Assembly (NCBI GenBank): GCA_951406725.2
Contig: OX597817.1
Span: 24,676,001-24,740,000 of the forward strand
Length of the DNA stretch: 64,000 bases
Reading direction: 5' to 3'
Source of the DNA: Octopus vulgaris
Lineage: Eukaryota
A model generated the notes under the pieces. That model was not told the DNA's origin, ran no database searches, and worked only from the letters and a program-made list of their open reading frames with translations. A program made the position numbers and the translations under genes. Below are positions 11,461 through 26,400 of this stretch, piece by piece. Position 1 is the first letter of the stretch. Every line of letters begins with the position of its first letter.

Positions 11461-11522
11461 TGGTTTTTTTTTTTTTTATTAGGCAATGATGCTTGTGGTG
11501 ATGAAGATAAGAATGATAACAG

Positions 11523-11803
11523 TATAATAATAATAATAATAATAATTGTGTACAGTGCTCAGGTGCACTACAACTCATCTAAAGTGTATATATAATCAGG
11601 TGTAGTTTCGGCGGATTTCGGAAAGCATGAGGGCCTTAAAGGATGCAGTGTCATGGCAGTCAACAACTGACGCAGGTAGTTTATTCCATGCTTCAGCAAC
11701 TCTGAGTGTCAAAAAAATGTTTCCGAAAGACATGGGAGCTGTGTTGTTTTCTGACTTTGTAGGCATGTCCACGTGTGTTGGACACATGGAAACGTCGATG
11801 TTC
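11523..11803 (-). mobile_element. CR1/L2-group LINE 3' fragment with (TTA)n tail
   Basis: Minus strand encodes ...SNTRGHAYKVRKQHSSHVFRKHF / LTLRVAEAWNKLPASVVDCHDTASFK, a typical ORF2 C-terminus (TRGH, RVxxxWNxLP, SFK). Confidence 0.8.
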
Positions 11804-11995
11804 TGATTATAAGGCTGAGATTGTATTCATGTATGATAATCATGTTGATTTCTGACATGGATTTATTAGGAATGAAAAACTGATTCCAGTGCTTTGAACT
11901 GGTCATATCATTAGGGAGACAGCTTCTTGGCTGAAGGATTAAGTGTTTCCTATTTATCAGCAAAGTATTTAGTGCTCAGCATTTTGAGTCCTATA

Positions 11996-14900
11996 TGCCA
12001 TATACTGTTTTCACCATCATATTGTTCTTTTCTGTCTTCCATTGTCTGCTTTATCTTGTAAATTAACTGTAAGTACTTATTGCCATACTGTTTTCACCAT
12101 CATATTGTTCTTTTTCAGTCTTCCTTGTCTGCTTTATCCTTGTAAGATTTGCAGTTAACTACATATTGCGATACTGTTGTCACCATCATATTCTTCTTTT
12201 TAAGTCTTTCCCTAGTATGATTTATTCTCTAAATTAAATGTAAGTACTTATTGCCATCCTGTTTTGACCATCATATTGTTCTTTCTCAGTCATTCCCTTG
12301 TCTGCTTTATCTTGTAAATTAACTGTAAGTACATATTGCCATACTGTTTTGACCATCATATTGTTCTTTTTCAATCTTCCTTGTCTGCTTTATCTTGTAA
12401 ATTAACTGTAAGTACATATTGCCATACTGTTTTGACCATCATATTGTTCTTTATCAGTCTTCCTTGTCTGCTTTATCCTGTAAATTAACTGTAAGTACTT
12501 ATTGCCATACTGTTTTCACCATCATATTGTTCTTTTTCAGTCTTCCTTGTCTGCTTTATCCTGTAAATTAACTGTAAGTACTTATTGCCATACTGTTTTG
12601 ACCATCATATTGTTCTTTTTCAGTCTTCCTTGTCTGCTTTATCCTGTAAATTAACTATAAGTACTTATTGCCATACTGTTTTGACCATCATATTGTTCTT
12701 TTTCAGTCTTCCTTGTCTTCTTTATCCTGTAAATTAACTGTAAGTACTTATTGCCATACTGTTTTCACCATCATATTGTTCTTTTTCAGTCTTCCTTGTC
12801 TGCTTTATCCTGTAAATTAACTGTAAGTACTTATTGCCATACTGTTTTCACCATCATATTGTTCTTTTTCAGTCTTCCTTGTCTGCTTTATCCTGTAAAT
12901 TAACTGTAAGTACTTATTGCCATACTGTTTTCACCATCATATTGTTCTTTTTCAGTCTTCCTTGTCTGCTTTATCCTGTAAATTAACTGTAAGTACTTAT
13001 TGCCATACTGTTTTCACCATCATATTGTTCTTTTTCAGTCTTCCTTGTCTGCTTTATCCTGTAAATTAACTGTAAGTACTTATTGCCATACAGTTTTGAC
13101 CACCATATTGTTCTTTTTCAGTCTTCCTTGTCTGCTTTATCCTGTAAATTAACTGTAAGTACTTATTGCCATACTGTTTTCACCATCATATTGTTCTTTT
13201 TTCAGTCTTCCTGGTCTGCTTTATCCTGTAAATTAACTGTAAGTACTTATTGCCATACTGTTTTCACCATCATTAACTTGTTCTTTTTCAGTACTTATTG
13301 CCATACAGTTTTCACCATCATATTGTTCTTTTTCAGTCTTCCTTGTCTGCTTTATCCTGTAAATTAACTGTAAGTACTTATTGCCATACTGTTTTGACCA
13401 TCATATTGTTCTTTTTCAGTCTTCCTGGTCTGCTTTATCCTGTAAATTAACTGTAAGTACTTATTGCCATACTGTTTTCACCATCATATTGTTCTTTTTC
13501 AGTCTTCCTTGTCTGCTTTATCCTGTAAATTAACTGTAAGTACTTATTGCCATACTGTTTTCACCATCATATTGTTCTTTTTCAGTCTTCCTTGTCTGCT
13601 TTATCCTGTAAATTAACTGTAAGTACTTATTGCCATACAGTTTTCACCATCATATTGTTCTTTTTCAGTCTTCCTTGTCTGCTTTATCCTGTAAATTAAC
13701 TGTAAGTACTTATTGCCATACAGTTTTCACCATCATATTGTTCTTTTTCAGTCTGTCACTTGTCTGCTTTATCCTATAAATTAACTGTAAGTACTTATTG
13801 CCATACTGTTTTCACCATCATTGTTCTTTTCATTGTTCCTTAAATTTTCAGTCTTCCTTGTTCTTTTCTCTGCTTTATCCTGTAAATTAACTGTAAGTAC
13901 TTATTGCCATACTGTTTTCACCATCATATTGTTCTTTTTCAGTCTTCCTTGTCTGCTTTATCCTGTAAATTAACTGTAAGTACTTATTGCCATACTGTTT
14001 TCACCATCATATTGTTCTTTTTCAGTCTTCCTTGTCTGCTTTATCCTGTAAATTAACTGTAAGTACTTATTGCCATACTGTTTTCACCATCATATTGTTC
14101 TTTTTCAGTCTTCCTTGTCTGCTTTATCCTGTAAATTAACTGTAAGTACTTATTGCCATACTGTTTTCACATCATATTGTTCTTTTTCAGTCTTCCTTGT
14201 CTGCTTTATCCTGTAAATTAACTGTAAGTACTTATTGCCATACTGTTTTCACCATCATATTGTTCTTTTTCAGTCTTCCTTGTCTGCTTTATCCTGTAAA
14301 TTAACTGTAAGTACTTATTGCCATACTGTTTTCACCATCATATTGTTCTTTTTCAGTCTTCCTTGTCTGCTTTATCCTGTAAATTAACTGTAAGTACTTA
14401 TTGCCATACTGTTTTCACCATCATATTGTTCTTTTTCAGTCTTCCTTGTCTGCTTTATCCTGTAAATTAACTGTAAGTACTTTTGCCATACTGTTTTCAC
14501 CATCATATTGTTCTTTTTCAGTCTTCCTTGTCTGCTTTATCCTGTAATTAACTGTAAGTACTTATTGCCATACTGTTTTCACCATCATATTGTTCTTTTT
14601 CAGTCTTCCTTGTCTGCTTTATCCTGTAAATTAACTGTAAGTACTTATTGCCATACTGTTTTCACCATCATATTGTTCTTTTTCAGTCTTCCTTGTCTGC
14701 TTTATCCTGTAAATTAACTGTAAGTACTTATTGCCATACTGTTTTCACCATCATATTGTTCTTTTTCAGTCTTCCTTGTCTGCTTTATCCTGTAAATTAA
14801 CTGTAAGTACTTATTGCCATACTGTTTTCACCATCATATTGTTCTTTTTCAGTCTTCCTTGTCTGTTTATCCTGTAAATTAACTGTAAGTACTTATTGCC

Positions 14901-15630
14901 ATACTGTTTTCACCATCATATTGTTCTTTTTCAGTCTTCCTTGTCTGCTTTATCCTGTAAATTAACTGTAAGTACTTATTGCCATACTGTTTTCACCATC
15001 ATATTGTTCTTTTTCAGTCTTCCTTGTCTGCTTTATCCTGTAAATTAACTGTAAGTACTTATTGCCATACTGTTTTCACCATCATATTGTTCTTTTTCAG
15101 TCTTCCTTGTCTGCTTTATCCTGTAAATTAACTGTAAGTACTTATTGCCATACTGTTTTCACTATCATATTGTTCTTTTTCAGTCTTCCTTGTCTGCTTT
15201 ATTCTGTAACTTAACTGTAAGTACATATTGCCATACTGTTTTCACCATCATATTGTTCTTTTTCAGTCTTCCTTGTCTGCTTTATCCTGTAAATTAACTG
15301 TAAGTACTTATTGCCATACTGTTTTCACCATCATATTCTTCTTTTTCAGTCTTCCTTGTTTGCTTTATCATGTAAATTAACTGTAAGTACTTATTGCCAT
15401 ACTGTTTTCACCATCATATTGTTCTTTTTCAGTCTTCCTTGTCTGCTTTATCCGGTAAATTAACTGTAAGTACTTATTGCCATACTGTTTTCACCATCAT
15501 ATTGTTCTTTTTCAGTCTTCCTTGTCTGCTTTATCCTGTAAATTAACTGTAAGTACTTATTGCCATACTGTTTTCACCATCATATTGTTCTTTTTCAGTC
15601 TTCCTTGTCTGCTTTATCCTGTAAATTAAA
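11996..15630 (+). repeat. Satellite subfamily A block 1 (83 bp)
   Basis: Consensus gtaagtacttattgccatactgttttcaccatcatattgttctttttcagtcttccttgtctgctttatcctgtaaattaact; period 12481 to 12564. Confidence 0.95.
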
Positions 15631-18600
15631 TGTAAGTCCTTATACTGTTGTTACCATTATAATGTTTTTACAGTCTTTCCATTGTCTGTATTATCCTGTA
15701 AATTAAATGTAAGTCCATATTGCAATACTGTTGTCACCATTATATTGTCCTTTTACAGTCTTTCCATTGTCTGTATTATCCTGTAAATTGACTGTAAGTC
15801 CATATTGCAATGCTGTTGTTACCATTATATTGTCCTTTTACAGGCTTTCCATTGTCTGTATTATCCTGTAAATTAAATGTAAGTCCATATTGCAATAATG
15901 TTGTCACCATTATATTGTCCTTTTACAGTCTTTCCATTGTCTGTATTATCCTGTAAATAAAATGGAAGTCAATATTGCAATACTGTTGTGACCATTATAT
16001 TGTGCTTTTACAGTCTTTCCATTGTCTGTATTATCCGGTAACTTAAATGTAAGTCCATATTGAAATACTGTTGTCACCATTATATTGTCCTTTTACAGTC
16101 TTTCCATTGTCTATATTATCTGTAAATTATAAATGTAAGTCCATATTGCAATACTGTTGTCACCATTATACAGTTCTTTTACAGTCTTTCCATTGTCTGC
16201 ATTATCCTGTAAATTAAATTTAAGTCCATATTGCAATACTGTTGTAACAATTATATTGTCCTTTTACAGTCTTTCCATTGTCTGTATTATCCTGTAAATT
16301 AAATGTAAGTCCATATTGCAATACTGTTGTCATCATTATATTGTTCTTTTACAGTCTTTCCATTGTCTGTATTATCCTGTAAATTAAATGTAAGTCCATA
16401 TTGCAATACTGTTGTTACCATTATATTGTCCTTTTACAGTCTTTCCAATGTCTCTATTATCCTGTAGATTAAATGTAAGTCCATATTGCAATACTGTTGT
16501 CACCATTATACTGTTCTTTTACAGTCTTTCCATTGTCTGCATTGTCGTGTAAATTAAATGTAAGTCCATATTGCAATACTGTTGTTACCATTATATTGTT
16601 CTTTTACAGTCTTTCCATTGTCTGTATTATCCTGTAATTAAATGTAAGTCCATATTGCAATACTGTTGTTACCATTATATTGTCCTTTTACAGTCTTTCT
16701 ATTGCCTGTATTATCCTGTAAATTAAGTGTAAGTCCATATTGCAATACTGTTGTCACCATTATCTTATCTCTTTACAGTCTTTCCATTGTCTGTATTATC
16801 CTGTAACTTAAATTTCAGTCAAAATTGCAATACTGTTGTTACAATTTTATTGTCCTTTTACAGTCTTCCATTGTCTGTATTATCCTGTAAATTAAACGTA
16901 AGTCCATATTGCAATACTGTTGTTGCCATTATATTGTCCTTTTACAATCTTCCCATTGTCTGTATTATCCTGTAAATTAAATGTAAGTCCATATTGCAAT
17001 ACTGTTGTTACCATTATATTGTCCTTTTACAGTCTTTCCATTGTCTGTATTATCCTGTAAATTAAATGTAAGTCCATATTGCAATACTGTTGTTACCATT
17101 ATATTGTTCTTTTTCCAGTCTTTCCATTGTCTGCATTATCCTGTAAGTTAAATTTAAGTCCATATTGCAATACTGTTGTTACCATTATATTGTCCTTTTA
17201 CTGTCTTTCCAATGTCTCTATTATCCTGTAGATTAAATGTAAGTCCATATTGCAATACTGTTGTCACCATTATACTGTTCTTTTACAGTCTTTCCATTGT
17301 CTGCATTGTCCTGTAAATTAAATTTAAGTCCATATTGCAATACTGTTGTAACCATTATATTGTCCTTTTACAGTCTTTCCATTGTCTGTATTATCCTGTA
17401 AATTAAACGTAAGTCCATATTGCAATACTGTTGTCACCACTATATTGTCCTTTTACAGTCTTTCCATTGTCTGTATTATCCTGTAAATTAAATGTAAGTC
17501 CATATTGCAATACTGTTGTCACCATTATATTGTCCTTTTACAGTCTTTCCATTGTCTGTATTATCCTGTAAAAATAAATGTAAGTCAATATTGCAATACT
17601 GTTGTGACCATTATATTGTGCTTTTACAGTCTTTCCATTGTCTGTATTATCCGGTAAATTAAATGTAAGTCCATATTGCAATACTGTTGTGACCATTATA
17701 TTGTCCTTTTGTAGTCTTTCCATTGTCTATATTATCCTGTAAATTAAATGTAAGTCCATATTGCAATACTGTTGTCACCATTATACTGTTCTTTTACAGT
17801 CTTTCCATTGCCTGCATTATCCTGTAAATTAAATTTAAGTCCATATTGCAATACTGTTGTAACCATTATATTGTCCTTTTACAGTCCCCCATTGTCTGTA
17901 TTATCCTGTAAATTAAATATATGTCCATATTGCAATACTGTTGTCATCATTATATTGTTCTTTTACAGTCTTTCCATTGTCTATATTATCCTGTAAATTA
18001 AATGTAAGTCCATATTGCAATACTGTTGTTACCATTATATTGTCCTGTAAAAGGACAGTCTTTCCATTGCCTGTATTATCCTGTAAATTAAATGTAAGTC
18101 CATATTGCAATACTGTTGTTACCATTATATTGTCCTTTTACAGTCTTTCCATTGTCTGTATTATCCTGTAAATTAAATGTAAGTCCATATTGCAATACTG
18201 TTGTCACCATTATATTGTTTTTTACAGTCTTTCCATTGTCTGTATTATCCTGTAAATTAAATGTAAGTCCATATTGCAATACTGTTGTCACCATTATATT
18301 GTCCTTTTACAGTCTTTCCATTGTCTGTATTATCCTGTAAATTAAATGTAAGTCCATATTGCAATACTGTTGTTACCATTATATTGTCCTTTTACAGTCT
18401 TTCCATTGTCTGTATTATCCTGTAAATTAACTGTAAGTCCATATTGCAATACTGTTGTCACCATTATATTGTCCTTTTACAGTCTTTCCATTGTCTGTAT
18501 TATCCTGTAAATTAAATGTAAGTCCATATTGCAATACTGTTGTCACCATTATATTGTCCTTTTACAGTCTTTCCATTGTCTGTATTATCCTGTAAATTAA

Positions 18601-20480
18601 ATGTAAGTCCATATTGCAATACTGTTGTCACCATTATATTGTTCTTTTACAGTCTTTCCATTGTCTGTATTATCCATGTAAATTAAATGTAAGTCCATAT
18701 TGCAATACTGTTGTCACCATTATATTGTCCTTTTACAGTCTTTCCATTGTCTGTATTATCCTGTAAATTAAATGTAAGTCCATATTGCAATACTGTTGTC
18801 ACCATTATACTGTTCTTTTACAGTCTTTCCATTGTCTGCATTATCCTGTAAATTAAATTTAAGTCCATATTGCAATACTGTTGTCACCATTATATTGTCC
18901 TTTTACAGTCTTTCCATTGTCTGTATTATCCTGTAAATTAAATGTAAGTCCATATTGCAATACTGTTGTCACCATTATATTGTCCTTTTACAGTCTTTCC
19001 ATTGTCTGTATTATCCTGTAAATTAAATGTAAGTCCATATTGCAATACTGTTGTTACCATTATATTGTCCTTTTACAGTCTTTCCATTGTCTGTATTATC
19101 CTGTAAATTAAATGTAAGTCCATATTGCAATACTGTTGTTACCATTATATTGTTCTTTTACAGTCTTTCCATTGTCTGTATTATCCTGTAAATTAAATGT
19201 AAGTCCATATTGCAATACTGTTGTTACCATTATATTGTTCTTTTACAGTCTTTCCATTGTCTGTATTATCCTGTAAATTAACTGTAAGTCCATATTGCAA
19301 TACTGTTGTCACCATTATATTGTCTTTTACAGTCTTTCCATTGTCTGCTATTATCCTGTAAATTAAATGTAAGTCCATATTGCAATACTGTTGTTCACCA
19401 TTATATTGTTCTTTTACAGTCTTCCTTGTCTGCTATTATCCTGTAAATTAACTGTAAGTCCATATTGCAATACTGTTGTTACCATTATATTGTCCTTTTA
19501 CAGTCTTCCATTGTCTGTATTATCCTGTAAATTAAATGTAAGTCCATATTGCAATACTGTTGTCACCATTATATTGTTCTTTTACAGTCTTTCCATTGTC
19601 TGTATTATCCTGTAAATTAAATGTAAGTCCATATTGCAATACTGTTGTTCACCATTATATTGTTCTTTTACAGTCTTTCCATTGTCTGCTATTATCCTGT
19701 AAATTAAATGTAAGTCCATATTGCAATACTGTTGTCACCATTATATTGTCCTTTTACAGTCTTTCCATTGTCTGTATTATCCTGTAAATTAAATGTAAGT
19801 CCATATTGCAATACTGTTGTCACCATTATATTGTTCTTTTACAGTCTTTCCATTGTCTGCATTATCCTGTAAATTAAATGTAAGTCCATATTGCAATACT
19901 GTTGTCATCATTATATTGTTCTTTTACAGTCTTTCCATTGTCTGTATTATCCTGTAAATTAAATGTAAGTCCATATTGCAATACTGTTGTCACCATTATA
20001 TTGTTCTTTTACAGTCTTTCCATTGTCTGTATTATCCTGTAAATTAAATGTAAGTCCATATTGCAATACTGTTGTTACCATTATATTGTCCTTTTACAGT
20101 CTTTCCATTGTCTGCTATTATCCTGTAAATTAAATGTAAGTCCATATTGCAATACTGTTGTCACCATTATATTGTTCTTTTACAGTCTTTCCATTGTCTG
20201 TATTATCCTGTAAATTAAATGTAAGTCCATATTGCAATACTGTTGTCACCATTATATTGTTCTTTTACAGTCTTTCCATTGTCTGTATTATCCTGTAAAT
20301 TAAATGTAAGTCCATATTGCAATACTGTTGTCACCATTATATTGTTCTTTTACAGTCTTTCCATTGTCTGCATTATCCTGTAAATTAAATGTAAGTCCAT
20401 ATTGCAATACTGTTGTCACCATTATATTGTTCTTTTACAGTCTTTCCATTGTCTGTATTATCCTGTAAATTAAATGTAAG
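15631..20480 (+). repeat. Satellite subfamily B block (85 bp)
   Basis: Consensus gtaagtccatattgcaatactgttgtcaccattatattgtccttttacagtctttccattgtctgtattatcctgtaaattaaat; period 15721, 15806, 15891. Confidence 0.95.
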
Positions 20481-23400
20481 TACTTATTGCCATACTGTTT
20501 TCACCATCATATTGTTCTTTTTCAGTCTTCCTTGTCTGCTTTATCCTGTAAATTAACTGTAAGTACTTATTGCCATACTGTTTTCACCATCATATTGTTC
20601 TTTTTCAGTCTTCCTTGTCTGCTTTATCCTGTAAATTAACTGTAAGTACATATTGCCATACCATGTTTTCACCATCATATTTTCTTTTTCAGTCTTTCCT
20701 TGTCTGCTTTATCCTGTAAATTAACTGTAAGTACTTATTGCCATACTGTTTTCACCATCATATTGTTCTTTTTCAGTCTTCCTTGTCTGCTTTATCCTGT
20801 AAATTAACTGTAAGTACTTATTGCCATACTGTTTTCACCATCATATTGTTCTTTTTCAGTCTTCCTTGTCTGCTTTATCCTGTAAATTAAATGTAAGTCC
20901 ATATTGCAATACTGTTGTTACCATTATATTGTCCTTTTACAGTCTTCCATTGTCTGTATTATCCTGTAAATTAACTGTAAGTACTTATTGCCATACTGTT
21001 TTCACCATCATATTGTTCTTTTTCAGTCTTCCTTGTCTGCTTTATCCTGTAAATTAACTGTAAGTACTTATTGCCATACTGTTTTCACCATCATATTGTT
21101 CTTTTTCAGTCTTCCTTGTCTGCTTTATCCTGTAAATTAACTGTAAGTACTTATTGCCATACTGTTTTCACCATCATATTGTTCTTTTTCAGTCTTCCTT
21201 GTCTGCTTTATCCTGTAAATTAACTGTAAGTACTTATTGCCATACTGTTTTCACCATCATATTGTTCTTTTTCAGTCTTCCTTGTCTGCTTTATCCTGTA
21301 ACTTAACTGTAAATACTTATTGCCATACTGTTTTGACCATCATATTGTTCTTTTTCAGTCTTTCCCATGTCTGCTATATCCTATAAATTAACTGTAATTA
21401 CTTATTGCCATACTGTTTTGACCATCATATTGATCTTTTTCAGTCTTCCATATGTCTGCTTTATCCTGTAAATTAACTGTATGTACTTATTGCGATACTG
21501 TTTTGACCATCATATTGTTCTTTTTCAGTTTTTCCCATGTCTGATTTATCCAGTAAGTTAACTGTAAGTACTCATTGCCATACTGTTTTGACCATCATAT
21601 TGTTCATTTTCAGTCTTCCTTGTCTGCTTTATCCTGTAAATTAACTGTAAGTACTTATTGCCATACTGTTTTCACCATCATATTGTTGTTTTTCAGTCTT
21701 CCTTGTCTGCTTTATCCTATAGATTAACTTTAAGTACTTGTTGCCATACTTTTTACACCATCATATTGTTCTTATTCAGTTTTCCTTGTCTGCTTTATTC
21801 TGTAGATTAACTGTAAGTACTTCTTGCCATACTGCTTTGACCATCATATTGTTCTTTTTCAATCTTCCTTGTCTGCTTTATCTTGTAAATTAACTGTAAA
21901 GTACATATTGCCATACTGTTTTGACCATCATATTGTTTTTTTCAGTCTTCCTTGTCTGCTTTATCCTGTAAATCAACTGTAAGCACATATTGCCATACTG
22001 TTTTGACCATCATATTGTTCTTTATCAATCTTCCTTGTCTGCTTTATCCAGTAAATTAACAGTAAGTACTTATTGCCATACTGTTTTCGCCATCATATTG
22101 TTCTTTTTCAGTCTGTCACTTGTCTGCTTTATCCTATAAATTAACTGTAATACTTATTGCCATACTGTTTTCACCATCATATTTTTCTTTTTCAGTTTTT
22201 CCAATGTCTGCTTTATCCAGTAAATTAACTGTAAGTACTTATTGCCATACTGTTTTCACCATCATATTCTTCTTTTTCAGTCTTCCTTGTTTGCTTTATC
22301 ATGTAAATTAACTGTAAGTACTTATTGCCATACTGTTTTCACTATCATATTGTTCTTTTTCAGTCTTCCTTGTCTGCTTTATCCTGTAAATTAACTGTAA
22401 GTACTTATTGCCATACTGTTTTCACCATCATATTGTTCTTTTTCAGTCTTCCTTGTCTGCTTTATCCTGTAAATTAACTGTAAGTACTTATTGCCATACT
22501 GTTTTCACCATCATATTGTTCTTTTTCAGTCTTCCTTGTCTGCTTTATCCTGTAAATTAACTGTAAGTACTTATTGCCATACTGTTTTCACCATCATATT
22601 GTTCTTTTTCAGTCTTCCTTGTCTGCTTTATCCTGTAAATTAACTATAAGTACTTATTGCCATACTGTTTTCACCATCATATTGTTCTTTTTCAGTCTTC
22701 CTTGTCTGCTTTATCCTGTAAATTAACTGTAAGTACTTATTGCCATACTGTTTTCACCATCATATTGTTCTTTTTCAGTCTTCCTTGTCTGCTTTATCCT
22801 GTAAATTAACTGTAAGTACTTATTGCCATACTGTTTTCACCATCATATTGTCCTTTTACAGTCTTTCCATTGTCTCTATTATCCGGTAAATTAAATGTAA
22901 GTCCATATTGCAATACTGTTGTAACCATTATATTGTCCTTTTACAGTCTTTCCATTCTCTGTATTATCCTGTAAATTAAATGTAAGTCCATATTGCAATA
23001 CTGTTGTCACCATTATATTGTGCTTTTTCAGTCTTCCTTGTCTGCTTTATCCTGTAAATTAACTGTAAGTACTTATTGCCATACTGTTTTCACCATCATA
23101 TTGTTCTTTTTCAGTCTTCCTTGTCTGCTTTATCCTGTAAATTAACTGTAAGTACTTATTGCCATACTGTTTTCACCATCATATTGTTCTTTTTCAGTCT
23201 TCCTTGTCTGCTTTATCCTGTAAATTAACTGTAAGTACTTATTGCCATACTGTTTTCACCATCATATTGTTCTTTTTCAGTCTTCCTTGTCTGCTTTATC
23301 CTGTAAATTAACTGTAAGTACTTATTGCCATACTGTTTTCACCATCATATTGTTCTTTTTCAGTCTTCCTTGTCTGCTTTATCCTGTAAATTAACTGTAA

Positions 23401-26400
23401 GTACTTATTGCCATACTGTTTTCACCATCATATTGTTCTTTTTCAGTCTTCCTTGTCTGCTTTATCCTGTAAATTAACTGTAAGTACTTATTGCCATACT
23501 GTTTTCACCATCATATTGTTCTTTTTCAGTCTTCCTTGTCTGCTTTATCCTGTAAATTAACTGTAAGTACTTATTGCCATACTGTTTTCACCATCATATT
23601 GTTCTTTTTCAGTCTTCCTTGTCTGCTTTATCCTGTAAATTAACTGTAAGTACTTATTGCCATACTGTTTTCACCATCATATTGTTCTTTTTCAGTCTTC
23701 CTTGTCTGCTTTATCCTGTAAATTAACTGTAAGTACTTATTGCCATACTGTTTTCACCATCATATTGTTATTTTTCAGTCTTCCTTGTCTGCTTTATCCT
23801 GTTAATTAACTGTATGTACTTATTGCCATACTGTTTTAACCATCATATTGTTATTTTTCAGTCTTCTTTGTCTGCTTTATCCTGTAAATTAACTGTAAGT
23901 ACTTATTGCCATACTGTTTTCACCATCATATTGTTCTTTTTCAGTCTTCCTTGTCTGCTTTATCCTGTAAATTAACTGTAAGTACATATTGCCATACTGT
24001 TTTCACCATCATATTGTTCTTTTTCAGTCTTCTTTGTCTGCTTTATCCTGTAAATTAACTGTAAGTACATATTGCCATACTGTTTTCACCATCATATTGT
24101 TCTTTTTCAGTCTTCTTTGTCTGCTTTATCCTGTAAATTAACTGTAAGTACTTATTGCCATACTGTTTTCACCATCATATTGTTCTTTTTCAGTCTTCCT
24201 TGTCTGCTTTATCCTGTAAATTAACTGTAAGTACTTATTGCCATACTGTTTTCACCATCATATTGTTCTTTTTCAGTCTTCCTTGTCTGCTTTATCCTGT
24301 AAATTAACTGTAAGTACTTATTGCCATACTGTTTTCACCATCATATTGTTCTTTTTCAGTCTTCCTTGTCTGCTATTATCCTGTAAATTAACTGTAAGTA
24401 CTTATTGCCATACTGTTTTCACCATCATATTGTTCTTTTTCAGTCTTCCATATGTCTGCTTTATCCAGTAAATTAACTGTAATACTTATTGCCATACTGT
24501 TTTCACCATCATATTGTTCTTTTTCAGTCTTCCATATGTCTGCTTTATCTTGTAAATTAACTGTAAGTACTTATTGCCATACTGTTTTCACCATCATATT
24601 GTTCTTTTTCAGTCTTCTTTGTCTGCTTTATCTTGTAAATTAACTGTAAGTACTTATTGCCATACTGTTTTCACCATCATATTGTTCTTTTTCAGTCTTC
24701 CTTGTCTGCTTTATCTTGTAAATTAACTGTAAGTACTTATTGCCATACTGTTTTCACCATCATATTGTTCTTTTTCAGTCTTCCTTGTCTGCTTTATCCT
24801 GTAAATTAACTGTAAGTACTTATTGCCATACTGTTTTCACCATCATATTGTTCTTTTTCAGTCTTCCTTGTCTGCTTTATCCTGTAAATTAACTGTAAGT
24901 ACTTATTGCCATACTGTTTTCACCATCATATTGTTCTTTTTCAGTCTTCCTTGTCTGCTTTATCCTGTAAATTAACTGTAAGTACTTATTGCCATACTGT
25001 TTTCACCATCATATTGTTCTTTTTCAGTCTTCCTTGTCTGCTTTATCCTGTAAATTAACTGTAAGTACTTATTGCCATACTGTTTTCACCATCATTTTGT
25101 TCTTTTTCAGTCTTCCCTATGTCTGCTTTATCCTGTAAATTAAATGTAAGTACTTATTGCCATACTATTTTCACCATCAAATTGTTCTTTTTCAGTCTTC
25201 CTTGTCTGCTTTATCCTGTAAATTAACTGTAAGTACTTATTGCCATACTGTTTTCACCATCATATTGTTCTTTTTCAGTCTTCCTTGTCTGCTTTATCCT
25301 GTAAATTAACTGTAAGTACTTATTGCCATACTGTTTTCACCATCATATTGTTCTTTTTCAGTCTTCCTTGTCTGCTTTATCCTGTAAATTAACTGTAAGT
25401 ACTTATTGCCATACTGTTTTCACCATCATATTGTTCTTTTTCAGTCTTCCTTGTCTGCTTTATCCTGTAAATTAACTGTAAGTACTTATTGCCATACTGT
25501 TTTCACCATCATATTGTTCTTTTTCAGTCTTCCTTGTCTGCTTTATCCTGTAAATTAACTGTAAGTACTTATTGCCATACTGTTTTCACCATCATATTGT
25601 TCTTTTTCAGTCTTCCTTGTCTGCTTTATCCTGTAAATTAACTGTAAGTACTTATTGCCATACTGTTTTCACCATCATATTGTTCTTTTTCAGTCTTCCT
25701 TGTCTGCTTTATCCTGTAAATTAACTGTAAGTACTTATTGCCATACTGTTTTCACCATCATATTGTTCTTTTTCAGTCTTCCTTGTCTGCTTTATCCTGT
25801 AAATTAACTGTAAGTACTTATTGCCATACTGTTTTCACCATCATAGTGTTCTTTTTACGTCTTCCATATGTCTGATTTATCCTGTAACTTAACTGTAAGT
25901 ACTTATTGCCATACTGGTTTGACAATCATATTGTTCTTTTTCAGTCTTCCTTGTCTGCTTTATCCTGTAAATTAACTGTAAGTACTTATTGCCATACTGT
26001 TTTCACCATCATATTGTTCTTTTTCAGTCTTCCTTGTCTGCTTTATCCTGTAAATTAACTGTAAGTACTTATTGCCATACTGTTTTCACCATCATATTGT
26101 TCTTTTTCAGTCTTCCATATGTCTGCTTTATCCTGTAAATTAACTGTAAGTCCATATTGCCATACTGTTTTCACCATCATATTGTTCTTTTTCAGTCTTC
26201 CTTGTCTGCTTTATCCTGTAAATTAACTGTAAGTACTTATTGCCATACTGTTTTCACCATCATATTGTTCTTTTTCAGTCTTCCTTGTCTGCTTTATCCT
26301 GTAAATTAACTGTAAGTACTTATTGCCATACTGTTTTCACCATCATATTGTTCTTTTTCAGTCTTCCTTGTCTGCTTTATCCTGTAAATTAACTGTAAGT

